Of a DNA stretch of 64,000 bases, positions 47,291-59,797 are shown piece after piece. Position 1 is the first letter of the stretch, and every line of letters begins with the position of its first letter. The stretch lies in the NCBI RefSeq assembly GCF_018350175.1, contig NC_058382.1, positions 52,826,001 to 52,890,000 on the forward strand, given 5' to 3'. The notes under the pieces were generated by a model. It ran no database searches. It saw only the letters and a list, made by a program, of their open reading frames with translations, and was not told where the DNA came from. The position numbers and the translations under genes were made by a program. This DNA comes from Felis catus. Lineage: Eukaryota.

Positions 47291-47694
47291 GCGTGTGCTG
47301 TTGACTTGGGGCCGCAGGTCACCTGCAAATGAGAAGTCCTCCCTTCTCCTCCCTTCTGCTGCTTCCCAAGGAAGCCAGCCTCTTCAGATGGCCTCTCCTG
47401 GGAGCGTCTGCAGGCCAGACACAGGACTTTAAGGGAGCCAATAAATAATTAGCCTTGAGATAGGAACCCACACAAAAGCAGAATCCACAGATTCTCTAAT
47501 TGATCCTCCTGCCTTTGCGTTGGCCACGGATAGACTTCAGCATTATCAGCTGCCCATTCAAGCGCCCGGGGACGGGGAGGGTGGCGGCGGAAGATTCCTT
47601 AACCCGGTGCAGACTCACTGTTAGTGTTAATGGAATCTGATAAGGGTGACTGAGGAAAGAGCACTGGGTGAGCGTCCCTGTCATCCTTACGAAA

Positions 47695-47945
47695 ATAGTA
47701 GCAACGGTAACCGTTGACATTTATAAACGGCCGAGGAACGATGGGACTGTGCCAAGCTTCTCGTAGCGCAGCACCCTTGAGACCTGTAACCGTCTTGGGG
47801 GTGAGGACGGTGATGCCTCCCCATGAAGCAGACGGGGACACTGAGGCCAAAGTTACGTGGCGACTTGCTGGAGTCCCGCAGGAATAAGTAGCCAAGTCAG
47901 GACCTGAACCCAACCTGGTGATCCTGAGAACGGCTCCCCACCGTC
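47695..47945 (-). mobile_element. MIR SINE, unusually GC/CpG-rich
   Basis: CCCCATGAAGCAGACGGGGACACTGAGGCCAAAGTTACGTGGCGACTTGC...GGACCTGAACCCA. Confidence 0.75.
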
Positions 47946-50769
47946 TTATGCCTTCCCTTCTCCTGCACCTGGAAGCCGTCGTTCCCGGCCTCACATAGTC
48001 TTCAGAAAGCATTTCATGCCTTAAAAAAGCCCAAGAGAGAGGAGCCAGGGGGATGATGTTGAAGAAAGGGTTCCCTGGGGCAGATGCCCACCCAGAACCA
48101 CTTCCCACCGGTCCATTCAATAGACCCCTCGCGTTTGTTTGGAAGACCCGCACCCATCTTGGCGCGTGTCCACGGCCCGGTTGTTTATATCCTGCACAAC
48201 TTTGCTGGGTGGGTTTCAGAGTCATTGGGTCCGTGGTGCGCGGAGCTAGAGAGAGAGGGTGACCTAGTCCCTCGCCCTGCGTGATGGGCCACTCCGGGAC
48301 AGTTAGGCTCGTTGGGCTGAACTTGGCAAAGGGAGGTGTACCGAGGCATCCCCGTGACCCGGAGCGGGGAAAATAAGGAAAGTTTCAGCACGCAGCACCT
48401 GCCTGATGGCGAATATGATGAATGCCGTTTGGGCCTGCCAGTTCTCCACACTCAGGGAAGGCGGCGCACGCTTCGCATTAATCACCACCAAGCAAACACG
48501 GGCTTCCAGCAAAAGAGCCAAATGATTGGGAACAAATTCAAAACAGCTTTATTTCATTGACAGACAGGACCTTTTTGTTAAACCGTGGTTTAAAAACCTT
48601 TTACATCTCTGTCTCGTTCACACGTTACTGTAGTCATTCATATTTATGTTAACCTAGAACTCAGGGCTGGCGTATTCATCGCAACCTATTGGCAGGAGAA
48701 GGGTCGCGTCAGGGAAAAAAAAAAAAAAAAGAATCTTTATTTGAAAAAACTTCTAAAGCTATTAAACAGTGCTAATGGGAATGACCCTGTTATCAACCAT
48801 TATGGAAGCAAATGGGCTTCTGAACTGGAAGAAAATAAAGTAAGACTTGTAAATGTCGGTGTGCAAATGGAAAACATCAGCGAGTTAAACGAGACAGTGC
48901 GTGGTCAGCAAAGGTAGCCCATGTCTGTGCTGTTAGGGGAAGCTCAGGACCTGGGAAGAAGGAACAACCGTCTGCGCTTAACCTGGCTCTTGACAAGTGC
49001 CGCTCATTAGTTAGCTGTATGTCAACCAGCTTTGGCTCCTGATTCATTGAAAAGTCTCTCATTTCAGGCTTACCCCCTACCCACCCCTAGATGACCAAAA
49101 AGTTACCCAAACCTTTATGTCACCTTATTCAAGGCATACCGATTCTAGAATTTGTATTCAGGCATCTAGAGTTAGCACAAACATATCTGTGAAAAAAGAA
49201 TCTGGTTCCTATCCCAACATAAATACAGAAAGTTCCTGATGTCCTCTGACTGTGTCTGCGAAAGAAAGGTCTTTCGGAGACGGAGCAAATGGACTCCAAA
49301 GAGAAATGTTAAGCTCTGTCCCGCATGCTGAGGCCGTCAGGGCCAGCCACGGCGCCTAGCGTTCAGAAAAGTCAGAAATGCGGAATTCAGCCCTGGCTCC
49401 CAGGAAGCTGCATGTTTTTAGGAATGTGTATCTAGTTGTTTGCTGTCGTTGTTTTTATTGTCGGAGACCAATAGCCGGCAAGGGCCGTACTTTACGGTAA
49501 CCTGTGGAAGGAAGCCACAAAGTCCTCTCCACTCCTCAGGAGGGGTGTGCAGTGTGTAAAGAGATGTGTCCTTCTTCCCCCCAACTTCTCAGAGCCATGT
49601 GACCCGAGGGGGTTCATCAGTTGCCCAAACCTGCTTTCATTTTGGTTTCTCTCCCGTTTGCACCCTGGAATTTTTACTGCTTTGTCTCTCCTTGTCTGTT
49701 GGAAGTGAGCTGTTTCAGGTCCTTGAAGTCCTAAGAAAGGCCTGCAAGCCTCCCGCCCTGCCACGGGCTCGGGCTGGCGTTCAGTAATTCCGATGATTTT
49801 CCTAAACCACTCGCGGGTCCTTCTTGGCCTCCAGCCCTGCATTCCCCTTCACTTCATAAATGTAGCTCTTTAACTTGGTCCCTTGATTACTTCAAGTAAT
49901 TGATCTGTTGGCCTAAAAGTGAGTGGTTCCATTTCAGGGGTAGGAGTTAAACCAGATTCTGCCCAGGGACAAGTGCGTTGGTGGGAGGACCGCCTCTCTG
50001 GAGACAGTGGTCAGTGGTATTGAAACCCAATCCACGTCTGGTCCTTCAGATGGTCTCATTGGGTGGTAAGGGGGCCAAGCCTCCCTGGGGTATGTTTGCT
50101 TGTTCATTCATTCACTCATTCATTTTTTTTTCTTAACATAAAATTTATCATCTACATTTCCAAGTCTGTTGGAGGTCCTGGGTCGCATTTTCCGCAAAGC
50201 TGCCCTGCCTTCTGCTGAAACAAGGCCTCCATACAGAGAACATTCTCTCGGTGTGCACCTTGCTCGATTCCAGTAGAGACTTTGGAGTGTGTGCTGGGAA
50301 TATAGTAGGAGTCCTTTCTGGGCAGAGAAATCTCCGCCATTCATCCGAATCTCATTAATCTGCCGTAATTTCGATGTGCTTTCCTGAAGTTGAAGCTTTT
50401 TGTACTTGTAAAAGTGCTTTACAAATATTAGGTATTGTTATCACTGAAGCTCTAATTATTGACAGCAAAAATTAGCAAAGCTTCTGTTCATCATCATCGT
50501 CACTGTTATCATCACGGGATTGATAACAGCCTCTCCTTTTCTCTTACATCTCACAGAAATTCCTAGGAGTCTGCACGTCTATTTATCTTACAACATAATC
50601 CCAGTATTTAGTACATGCTGAGTCTTTGATTTCTTGTTTTCAAATGTGTGTCTTTGGAAGTGGGATATATGTAGCTATTTTCTGGCATGCATTGGGACTG
50701 AGATGATGAGAAATGTAGACCACACTTCCAGCTAAGGTTCAGCCAGTACACGTCTAGGAAGAGTGGTAG

Positions 50770-50904
50770 TCAATGTCTCTCAAAATACAGTTCCTGAGTC
50801 ACTTAGGAGATTGCTACCAACTTAGTTAGCATCTCCAGATATACAGCCTGGTGTATGAAGCATCGCAGGTGATTCTTCTGAACCCTAAAGGTTGAGAACC
50901 TTTG
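50770..50904. mobile_element. MER5-like hAT fragment
   Basis: CAGGTGATTCTTCTGAACCCTAAAGGTTGAGAACC. Confidence 0.55.
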
Positions 50905-50929
50905 GACAGTACAGTTACTTATTCCATAT

Positions 50930-51600
50930 CTATTTTTTTGTTCATTATAAAACTAATGCCTATATATGTAAGACATTAACAAATGATAGGGAGGTGGAAA
51001 AATCTCTTTGCTCCCAGCACCTAACCTAAAACTTTTAGGACTTTGAAGTATTTCCTTTTAGTCTTTTTTTTCCTCCATCCATACGCTTTTATTTAAAACA
51101 TAGTTTAGGCATCATTTTTGTTACCATTATTGTTTATATGTGTTCGTTAATTTCATCTTACCAACTCTCTGTGATATGTGTTATTATACCCATTTTGCAG
51201 GTAAGGAAATTAAGGCCAGAAGAGGCTTACATACATAGTATACATGCACTTTGACGGCCTGCTTCTTTCCCTTATGACTACAGCAAAAGTTATATTAAGT
51301 TATTTTTCATAATCGTATTTTTCGTATTGCTTTGGGCTGTAAATGGCAGACTTTCATTTAGTTGACTTCAGCTCTAATGTTGAATTAAGTGTGGACTTCC
51401 CAATTTTCAACATCACAAATAAGGCATTTGTTGGAGTAGGTTTTATTTTCTTTCTCTACATAGACTTATTTTTTTAATGTTTCTTAAAAATTGAATCTTT
51501 GCTCCAGAAATTTGAGCCACCGATATATTGCTGAGATTTTTAAGAGCATACCACCATCACTTATTGAGTAGAATTTACTCAAAGGGATATTATGAAGCAC
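50930..51600 (-). mobile_element. Very old L1 (L1ME-like) 3' region with a MIR fragment at about 51100-51230
   Basis: AT-rich L1ME-like tail; TTATTATACCCATTTTGCAGGTAAGGAAATTAAGGC is the antisense MIR core. Confidence 0.45.
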
Positions 51601-52089
51601 ATCCCGACTTTATATTAGGGAACAAACTGTCACACATTAGTGAAAGTTATGGTTTATTTATAACCACACACAGTATCTACCGTGTTTGTGCCCTTTACAG
51701 AAATCGAAGTAAAAGAATCACTTTTTCCTAGTAGCTGGGCGACTCGATTTCTTAAAATCTAGTGGGCCTTCTTGGAAACTCAGAAACGCAGCCTTTCGTT
51801 TTAGTTCAGAGAGGGCTTTGTCTCACACTTTTCCTACGTCAGCATTCCATGAAGCTCTTCTGAATCTGTGGAAGACTTGAGATCGCATCTTTTTCAGAGA
51901 ATCAAAATGGTGCCCCTGGTTCGTTGGTTGCCCAGCCCATGCTCGAGGCCAGCCCCCCACCCCCAACCCCTCCGTGTCTGGAGCTGTGTCGGCTGACTCC
52001 CCCGTGCGCTCCAGCCTCTGGACCCAAGGCTGCTCCCGCCTCTTCATGGCTCTCAGTTACAGTGATTGACTCATTGCACCTGTGACAAG

Positions 52090-52285
52090 TGAGGTGTCAT
52101 GGAAAGAGTACAGACTTTAGGGTGCGACCTGTTGGATTCAGTGCTTAGCTTTATGCCTGTTTCTTGTAAAACTGTGCTCAACTTCTCTCCAACTTCTTGC
52201 CTCAATTTCCCGTTCTGCCCAACGGGCACCGGAATACCTATCACACAGGGTTGTTATGAAGATGAAATTATTTCACGTGGGTAAC
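52090..52285 (+). mobile_element. MIR SINE
   Basis: GGAAAGAGTACAGACTTT...GCCTCAATTTCC...ATACCTATCACACAGGGTTGTTATGAAGAT. Confidence 0.75.
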
Positions 52286-52289
52286 TAAC

Positions 52290-52615
52290 AGCAACAATGG
52301 CAATGGCTGAAACGTACCAGAAGCTTATTATATGCCAAGGTTGGCGTTCATCACCTTCCCTGTACCACCCGGTGTCGTCCTTTTCACTCTCCTAAGAGAT
52401 AGGTGGTGTTGTTATTCCCACTCTGTGGATGAGGTTTTAAAGAGGTGAACTGTTAGGTTGAACTGTATGAAACTGCCGTTTTTGTAGGTACAGATGGTCA
52501 GCTATTATCAATTTCATACGGTCCAACCTAATAATGTGGCCAGGTCTCAGAAAGAAAAGGTGGTAGAACCAGGATTTGAACCCACTGCTATCCAACGCCT
52601 AAGCCCATGCTTCTG
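52290..52615 (-). mobile_element. MIR SINE interrupted by MADE2
   Basis: TTATTCCCACTCTGTGGATGAGG...AGAGGTGAA[insert]...GGTAGAACCAGGATTTGAACCCA. Confidence 0.75.
52453..52531. mobile_element. MADE2 (mariner-derived MITE)
   Basis: 79 bp; terminal inverted repeats TTAGGTTGAACTGTATGAAACTG / CAATTTCATACGGTCCAACCTAA (20 of 23 complementary); flanks TG/TA consistent with a decayed TA TSD. Confidence 0.9.
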
Positions 52616-53369
52616 GAGATTAAACTAACTGAACTCTGAAATTCTTAGGCAGCCTGTAGATCTCAGAGACTCAAAACCTGTCCGTTTCTTTTGTCTTCTT
52701 GTGACCCACCCTTGCCCACCATTAAAATGTACCCAAGTTGAACCTCACACCGGGTCCCTGCATTTTGACAGACATCAGAATTCTGAATTTGAACGTGGAG
52801 CAGGGTATCCAGAACAAACACAATGGGGAAAATTGCCGTGGCCGATCGTCACAACGTGTGGATTGAAAAAAACACACGCATGCACGCGGACCTGATTTGA
52901 ATGGTATTTCTGAGTGGCAGCTAAGTAGGAGCCGAAAATGGCCTTTTAAAATACAGAACATAAGGATGCAATTCACAGAGATGGTCTAAACTGTAAACAT
53001 GCAGCTGTGGGGTTTGCGAGGCTCAGTGCTTACATACCGACAGCATACAAATTGTCAAGTACTTAAAGTTCCATTGTTGTGGAAAAGGCCTCACCCAGTG
53101 TCCTCAAATGGCCCCATTTCTTTTTTTTAAGCACAGGATTCATATCTCTTAGAGCATCTATTGAAATATCAAACACAGAGAGCACATTAGTTATAATAAA
53201 TGATGACTTTCCCAAATTCTTTTGTTCTATTATTAGTCGTTACAGGTTCTTTAAAAAAAAATTCGAAGATTATAGTTTGCACTCCCCCGAACTCCTGCAA
53301 GGAAGCCCTGTGCAAGGAATGTTCACAAATGTTCTGGATCCTTCTCCTGACTAACCTCTCTCACGAGTT

Positions 53370-53830
53370 CTTGTGGACATTTATAGGGTTGTCTTCCAGC
53401 ACCTGTTTCCCCTCTCTCCGCCTCCCCCCCTCCCCAAAACTATTCCCACCTGCTCTCCAATGGTGCCATTTTTATCTGGCCTCATGCATCTGAATTCTGC
53501 CCGTTGGAACCTTCCCACAAATGGCCAAGAACCGCCCCTGCCGCACCCAGGGTTTTTGAACCCGGAAGTTTCAGTGTCTTTCCATTGGCAGAAGCCATGG
53601 GATTAAACCTGGCAACTGTCAGCATCTGGGTTTCCTGCCACGTGGAGAGAGGACACAGCAGACATTCAGACAGCTGAGTCCCTGGCTCCCATATTCCTCT
53701 AGGTCTGGTTGCTTTCCTGACCTTTCCACGGTTCCATTACTCAACTCTTACTTGCATTCCACGCATGGATGAATTTCCCTTCGTTTGGGTTGGGCTTTTG
53801 TCACTTGCAAACCAACTGTCACGGGAAGGT
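53370..53830 (+). mobile_element. Old MLT1 (K/L-like) LTR
   Basis: CTGCCACGTGGAGAGAG...GAGTCCCTGG...TTTGGGTTGGGCTTTTGTCACTTGCAA. Confidence 0.55.
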
Positions 53831-54339
53831 CTGCTTCTGGCCCTGCATGGCTTTGGAATCACTTTCTGATTCTCATGGCTCGGGAAGGAAAATGTGAACG
53901 TGTGATGTGTGCTGGTGAGATGATGCGGGGTGGCAGGAGTTGGGAGGAGAGTCCCACCGATGCAAACGAATGTTTCTTCCCCTAGACTTCCTCTGCACAC
54001 TGTCCAGAGCTCTGTTTTTCACCCTGACTGTGCAGTATTGGGTGCATTTATTGATCATCTCGCTATCAGAGACCTTGAGCAACTCAGAAGGTAGGAAGTA
54101 AGTCCAAATCAAGAAGTAAATCCCCAGTCTTCAGCACCATCCCTGGTGTGAGTAAAAATTTTATAAGCATTATTTGGATTCAGCTGAACTAGTTGAAAGT
54201 ATTTACAAAGGACCTGATGGATGGAGGGAGTTGAACAGTTTATAGCCCAGCTGGACCCAATTGTGGTGATTCTTGGCCCACCTCTTAGAATCAAACTATC
54301 CTGGACTCTTTCATCTAAAATGGAAGCCTTACTTTCTAT

Positions 54340-54540
54340 TGCAATCATGCCTTCTAAATCTCTGTACGTAAGCTGTGAAGAGCTTGAGTAAATCACTGAA
54401 CCTCTCTTAGCCTTCATTTCTTCAAATGCTGCAAATGAGAACTACCCCTACAGGTTATCATCAATATGCAGTTGTACGTTCCCTAGAAAGTGCTTAATCC
54501 CAATGCCAGCACATCGTACGTGCTCAATAAATATTTTTCA
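54340..54540 (+). mobile_element. MIR SINE
   Basis: AGCTGTG...TTGAGTAAATCACTGAACCTCTCT...AAAGTGCTTA...GTGCTCAATAAAT. Confidence 0.7.
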
Positions 54541-54654
54541 ATTATTTTTCTCTTCTAACCAGAGATCAAAGAGGGTTGGCCTAAGAGGTTTTTTTTTTCC
54601 CCCTAAAATTTGACAGACAAACTAGCAGAGAAGCTCATATATATTACCTTTGAC

Positions 54655-55105
54655 TTGCATTGGTCATGGTAGGCTAACCGTTGTGGCAGACAACTTTAAA
54701 ATCTGTGCCTTAACATAATACAGGATTATTTCTTGCTCATACGATAGCCCATAGGGACGTATCCACTTGTGAGGCTCTCTTCCAAGTAGAAATTTAGGGA
54801 CATAGTCTCCCTCCATCTTCTTTCCCTACCATCTTTATTTTGACCTTCATGGTCTCAGCAAAAGTAGGAGAGAATGGAGGAATGAAGCGCTCAGTTCTCA
54901 CTAATGTTCTGTACACTAAAGATGTACATAAGTACGTCAGCCCAGAAGTAACTCATGTTACTTTCTGATCACCGTACTATGACCAGAAGTAGTTGCGTGG
55001 CCCAATTTAGACTCACAGGTATACTTTGATGGGGAAGCAACGTCCCAGAAATGCCTCTACTTTACGAAAAAGGAGCCTCAGTGGTCTACCGGCCACCTCT
55101 GCAGT
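54655..55105 (-). mobile_element. MLT1 (I/J-like) LTR
   Basis: CTTAACATAATACAGGATTATTTCTTGCTCA...GCCCAGAAGTAACTCATGTTACTT...CCAGAAGTAGTTGCGTGGCC. Confidence 0.65.
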
Positions 55106-55476
55106 ATGAGCCAACTGTGACTCTTTTTTTTCTTTTTAAAGTAAAATTGGGTTCTTTTCTTGCTCCATGTGAATATTGGTGGTCACACAGCCACGGATCT
55201 TGCTGACACATTACTTTTCTTTCCCCCCCATGAGATACTCTTTGTGCTAAGCTTTTTGTGATTTTGAGCCCATCAGTAGACAAGGGCTATCGGATCACTG
55301 TGCTAGAGAGCACATATCACTTAGACTCCAGATCATGAGGCCCTCCTTCCAGCGGCATATCCCAGCCTACTTTCCTCTGTCAGTCTACGTAATTATTTCA
55401 TGCCAGTCCAATTGCTGCCTCGTTTTTCCTTGGGCTATCCAAGAAAATTATGACGAAAGTTATCACCTATGTGTCC

Positions 55477-55590
55477 CTCCATTCATCCATCCACCAATTC
55501 ACTCTCCTTCCATCCATCCACCCATTTGTCCATCCATTCACCCACCTATCTATCCATCTATTCACCCATCCATCCACTATCCATCCATTC
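55477..55590 (+). repeat. Degenerate (CCAT)n tract
   Basis: Read directly from the sequence. Confidence 0.9.
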
Positions 55591-56129
55591 TAGGTGTCTC
55601 AACCCTGTGACTCTTCGATTCAGGCTCTTTCCTTGTGGGTTCTTTGCCCTTTCCTCTGCTGCATTCTTGAACCATGCAGTTCCCATTATTACTACTTCCT
55701 CTTGTCACCTGCTGTTCCAGTTTTTGCCTGTGGTCACGTGAAATTTTCCTTCAACACTCAGCCTTGACCTCTTGCGCACTTACTCTTTCACTATCCTTCA
55801 CTCATCTGGCTTCCTTATTTTATTGCATTTTATATATTTAATGATTGCAACGTGATTACAACATATTTCTTTAGGTCTAACACAGTCTTTGCAACAGGAA
55901 ACTAGATCATGATTTTGCAGACACAACAAATTCTGCAAGCATATGTCCTTGGGATGAGGACGTGGGGGGTAGACACAAATATGATTACCACATATGCCTC
56001 TCTGGGCATAGCTTTGCCCCATTGCACAAATACAGAAAATTTGGCCAACTGAAAATAAGCTACAAGAGATTCTCAGGCCCTTGCCTTAATAACTTTGGGA
56101 TGTTGATTAAGGTTCCTCATTCTTTCTTT

Positions 56130-56230
56130 TTTTATTTTTCATGTATTTGTTGGGTAGTTGTTCCTCTGTATACCAGGCACTATTCTAGGCCTTGGGGATG
56201 CAGCAGGGCACAAAACAGAAAACTCATTGT
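56130..56230 (-). mobile_element. L2 3' end
   Basis: TGTATACCAGGCACTATTCTAGGCCTTGGGGATGCAGCAG. Confidence 0.7.
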
Positions 56231-57439
56231 CTTCATTGGTTCCTTTGGTTGCAACTAATGGAAACCTTTCGAGCTAACTTAAGAAAAAAAAAGTTGGGGA
56301 GGAGGAGAGAGTATGATGATATATCAAGATGCAGGAGAATCCCATGGAATACTGTCATCAACTCTTCCAATATAGTTATATGGTAATAAAAAAGATTGTT
56401 CCAGCTCCAGATACACACACACGAACACACACACAAACACACACATGCCATCACAGGATTTTTTTTATTTCTCACTCATAGATTTGAACACACCTGTCAT
56501 AGAATTTTTGAGATATGATTCCTAGGGGTCATGTTTCCATCCCAGTGGAGTGCTAGTTGGGACTAGGCTACTTCTGCCAACTCTGAGTTGGTTATTGTCA
56601 TTGAGTCACCTGCCCTGACAGTCATCTTCATGACAGTGTGATATAGTGAGACAGACCCTGCCCTTTGGCATCAGACCTTGCCAACTCTGCCATCTGCTAT
56701 TGGAGGAGCCCTGGGTAAGAATCCCAATCTCTCAGAGCTTTAGTTTTCTCATTGGTCAAATCTCTTCTCACAACATCACTTTGGAATGGGACATGTATCA
56801 ATGGATTGAGATTCCTGGCCATTACCAACGTGAGGAACAGCCAAGAGCCCTAGCTGCGGGAACTCAGACCATACCAAAGGTAGGCTGTGTAAGGGCTTTC
56901 CATAAGCAGTGGGGGCTTCTTTAGGCTACCCTCCCTCGGCGTCTGGCTGGCTCTGGTCTATGGCAGAAACCTTGTGTGCTTGGGTGACAAAGCAGATTGC
57001 TTCCTCCCGCTTCTGTGGCTTACGACCCCTTTCTCTACCCTAGTTTCACTCTGATTGGCAAGTTCACTCAAAGTGAAACCTTAGCAAAAAAACCTCAAGG
57101 TTTGGCTTAACTGCAAAGGCGTGGTTCATATCAGATTTGTACCCCAGAACCAGAAGACCACTCGTGAGAAATTCCGTAAGCATAGGAGTGTGGTTTATGT
57201 CAAAATCAGTCTGTTGGAATGAAGCTATTCAATGCCAGGTGGAAATATAGCATCATCAACTAGAATCTCCAGGCCTTGGAACCTCTAACTCAGCACCAGC
57301 TAGTGGGTTACACACTGGGGAGGTTGTGACCAATCTGGTTCCCTGACAATCATCTGAAATAATCCTAAGCACAATCATAAGCAATATTAAAGTATGTCAT
57401 CTCAAGAAAAGGGAGGCAGGAATAGAAAAAGCCAAGACT

Positions 57440-57620
57440 TAAAAAGAGTCAGATGGACTTTAGTCTCAGACTCAGTTGTGCTTCTTACTATCTGGACTTC
57501 AGTTGAGTTCCAGAACCTCCATCTCCTTATTTGTAAAATGCAGGTAATACCAACAGCATGGATTTGTTAAGAAGATTAAATTAAGTGAGGACTATAAGGT
57601 TGCCCTGCACAGGGCTGGGA
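57440..57620 (+). mobile_element. MIR SINE
   Basis: CCTTATTTGTAAAATGCAGGTAATACC...GAAGATTAAAT. Confidence 0.6.
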
Positions 57621-58277
57621 GAAGTTCAGAAATGGCTTCTTATCTGGCCATTTTATAGATCTTTGAGGTGTTCAAAGTAGCCCAAAGGAGCTGTGACCTG
57701 TCCCGTCTTTATTGGTTATGAGAGTATGGCCCATGCATCTGTTTTCACGAACCACAGAAAGTGAAAAGGCCCCTGTCTTTTGCTTCTGCCCCTTAAATAC
57801 AGGCACAGGCTATTTCAGATTTATAGGTTGGTCTTTTCGTTTTCTGCCGGTGCATATGACAAGTCCAGAAATGTTCATTTGATGCGAATGGCTGAGGAGG
57901 GAGCCATGGGGACCAGGGCAGGGGACTGATAATGCCTTGAGCTTTTTCTCTGTGCTTTCAGCTTTATATCCTATCCTTCGACTGAGGTTTATAGAGACCA
58001 GTGAATCGCCCAGCGTGGCACACATAGTCAGTGGCACGTATGCCTAATAAGAAGTTCAAGAGGGGCTCATTTTGGGAGACCAGGGATACAAGAAGATGGC
58101 TCTTAAAAGTCTGAACTGATTTCAGAGAGTGATATGAGTGGCTGTGTAAATTCTTACCAAAGAGAACACTGGAATTCATCGCTTATTGCTTTCAGCCATT
58201 TCCATGTTTGGTAAGAGTTTAGACAAGATAATTAACGAAGCACCTGGCACATATGAACGGTCAGCCGTCGGGAGTTC

Positions 58278-58673
58278 TGTGTGAGTCATTATGGCTAGTC
58301 TCAAACATTGTGGTTCCCCTTCTTGAGGGCACAGGTGCACTCCCTTGCTTCCCTTGACAATAGGACCTGGCCTGTGATTTGCTTTGGCCAATGAAATGGA
58401 GGTAAAATTGACAAGTGTCCCATCCAGGAGGAAATTTTAAGAGCCAGTGCCTTCACCCTGACTCCTTCCCATTGCTCCAGCAATCAAGGGAGCAAGACTC
58501 CAGTGGATCTTGTGTCCTCCTTGGTCCCTGAGTGACCGCAGTCAACAGAGCTTTCCTGCTGATTCTCATGGAATGTGTGAGTGAGCGAGGGGCCAACCTC
58601 TGCTATGTTAAATCACTAAGATCTTGGAATCATTTGTTATTGCTGCAGAACCTAGCCTATCTTGCCCAATACA
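58278..58673 (+). mobile_element. MLT1 (I/J-like) solo LTR
   Basis: TGTGATTTGCTTTGGCCAATGAAATG...TTTAAGAGCCAGTG...TTTGTTATTGCTGCAGAACCTAGCCTATC...AATACA. Confidence 0.85.
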
Positions 58674-59753
58674 AACCTCCCCTGTCTCATAAAACTTGAC
58701 GCCAGTATTGTTGTATGCATTTGCTTATACAGTTTATGACTTCAGACTCCTTCCAAAAGTATTACAGGCTCTGAAGCATGATAAGACAATTAGGTTCAAG
58801 GAAAAACAAAGACAATTGCATGGCACAGAGGGAATATACTGCTACCGTAAACCAATCACTAACACCCGGCCCTGAATTTGCTCAAAGTTTTCACAAAGGC
58901 GCCAAGGGAGCTGTGTGGAGTTCTTGTCTAACTCCTTGGCAACTTTTATGTATTTGTACAGGAAGGTCTTTTGCCAGATGGTTAAAAAGTTCATGCTCCT
59001 ATTTTGTTTTAATGCAAACTGACATTTCTTCATCTTCACGCGGTAGGTTTCTTTTATGAGGTCGTACTTTGCATTTTCATAGAAAGAGTTTCTGACTCCC
59101 CATCAGGAGCCCACCCTGTAGTTTCTGTGGGGCCTGGATTGGTTAACCACTTGCTTCAGTTTTAAGGCACCACAGGCAGAACCAACCATCATGAACTTCT
59201 TGATTTACACTGTGGTGGAGAGTGTCTGAGAAGCCAGAGAGAAACAGGAAGGCACTGTTTTGGGAGCCCCAAGGAAAGCTGAGCCACAGCTCTGGGGTGC
59301 CCTTGGCCTTCAGAAAACCAGCTTGAAGGGAGCTGTGCATATGGTTTTCTTGTTCCTGGGGAAGAGCCTGAGACGGACGCTGACCCCGTTGTCAGCAGCT
59401 TTATGCACAGATATATGAATCTAAATATAATGATATGTAAAGATGAATAAATAATAGCAAAAATAGGTAATATAATCAATGATACCCAAAATAAATAATA
59501 TACCTAAAACAAAAATTTCCAAAAATAAATAGTGCTGCCGGGTTATAGTAAGCAATTTTTAAACATTAACCCTTAATCCTCACAATAACTCCATGGGTTA
59601 GGGTTTGCTGCATTTTATACAAAGAAGAAAGGAGTGTATTTTAAGTGATATAAAAATCAAACACACTTTCATTTGTTCATTCAGCTACACATTTGCTTAT
59701 ATACGGATATGTACATATGTCCAGGTGTACATGTTTAAGAATAAAAACAACGA

Positions 59754-59759
<6 letters not shown>

Positions 59760-59793
<34 letters not shown>
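59760..59793 (+). repeat. (CT)n microsatellite
   Basis: Read directly from the sequence. Confidence 0.95.

Positions 59794-59797
<4 letters not shown>

Noticed and set aside
46036..48225. ORFs of 161, 192 and 208 aa
   Set aside because: They overlap degraded L2 and MIR in GC-rich DNA, use mostly non-ATG starts and show no recognisable domain.
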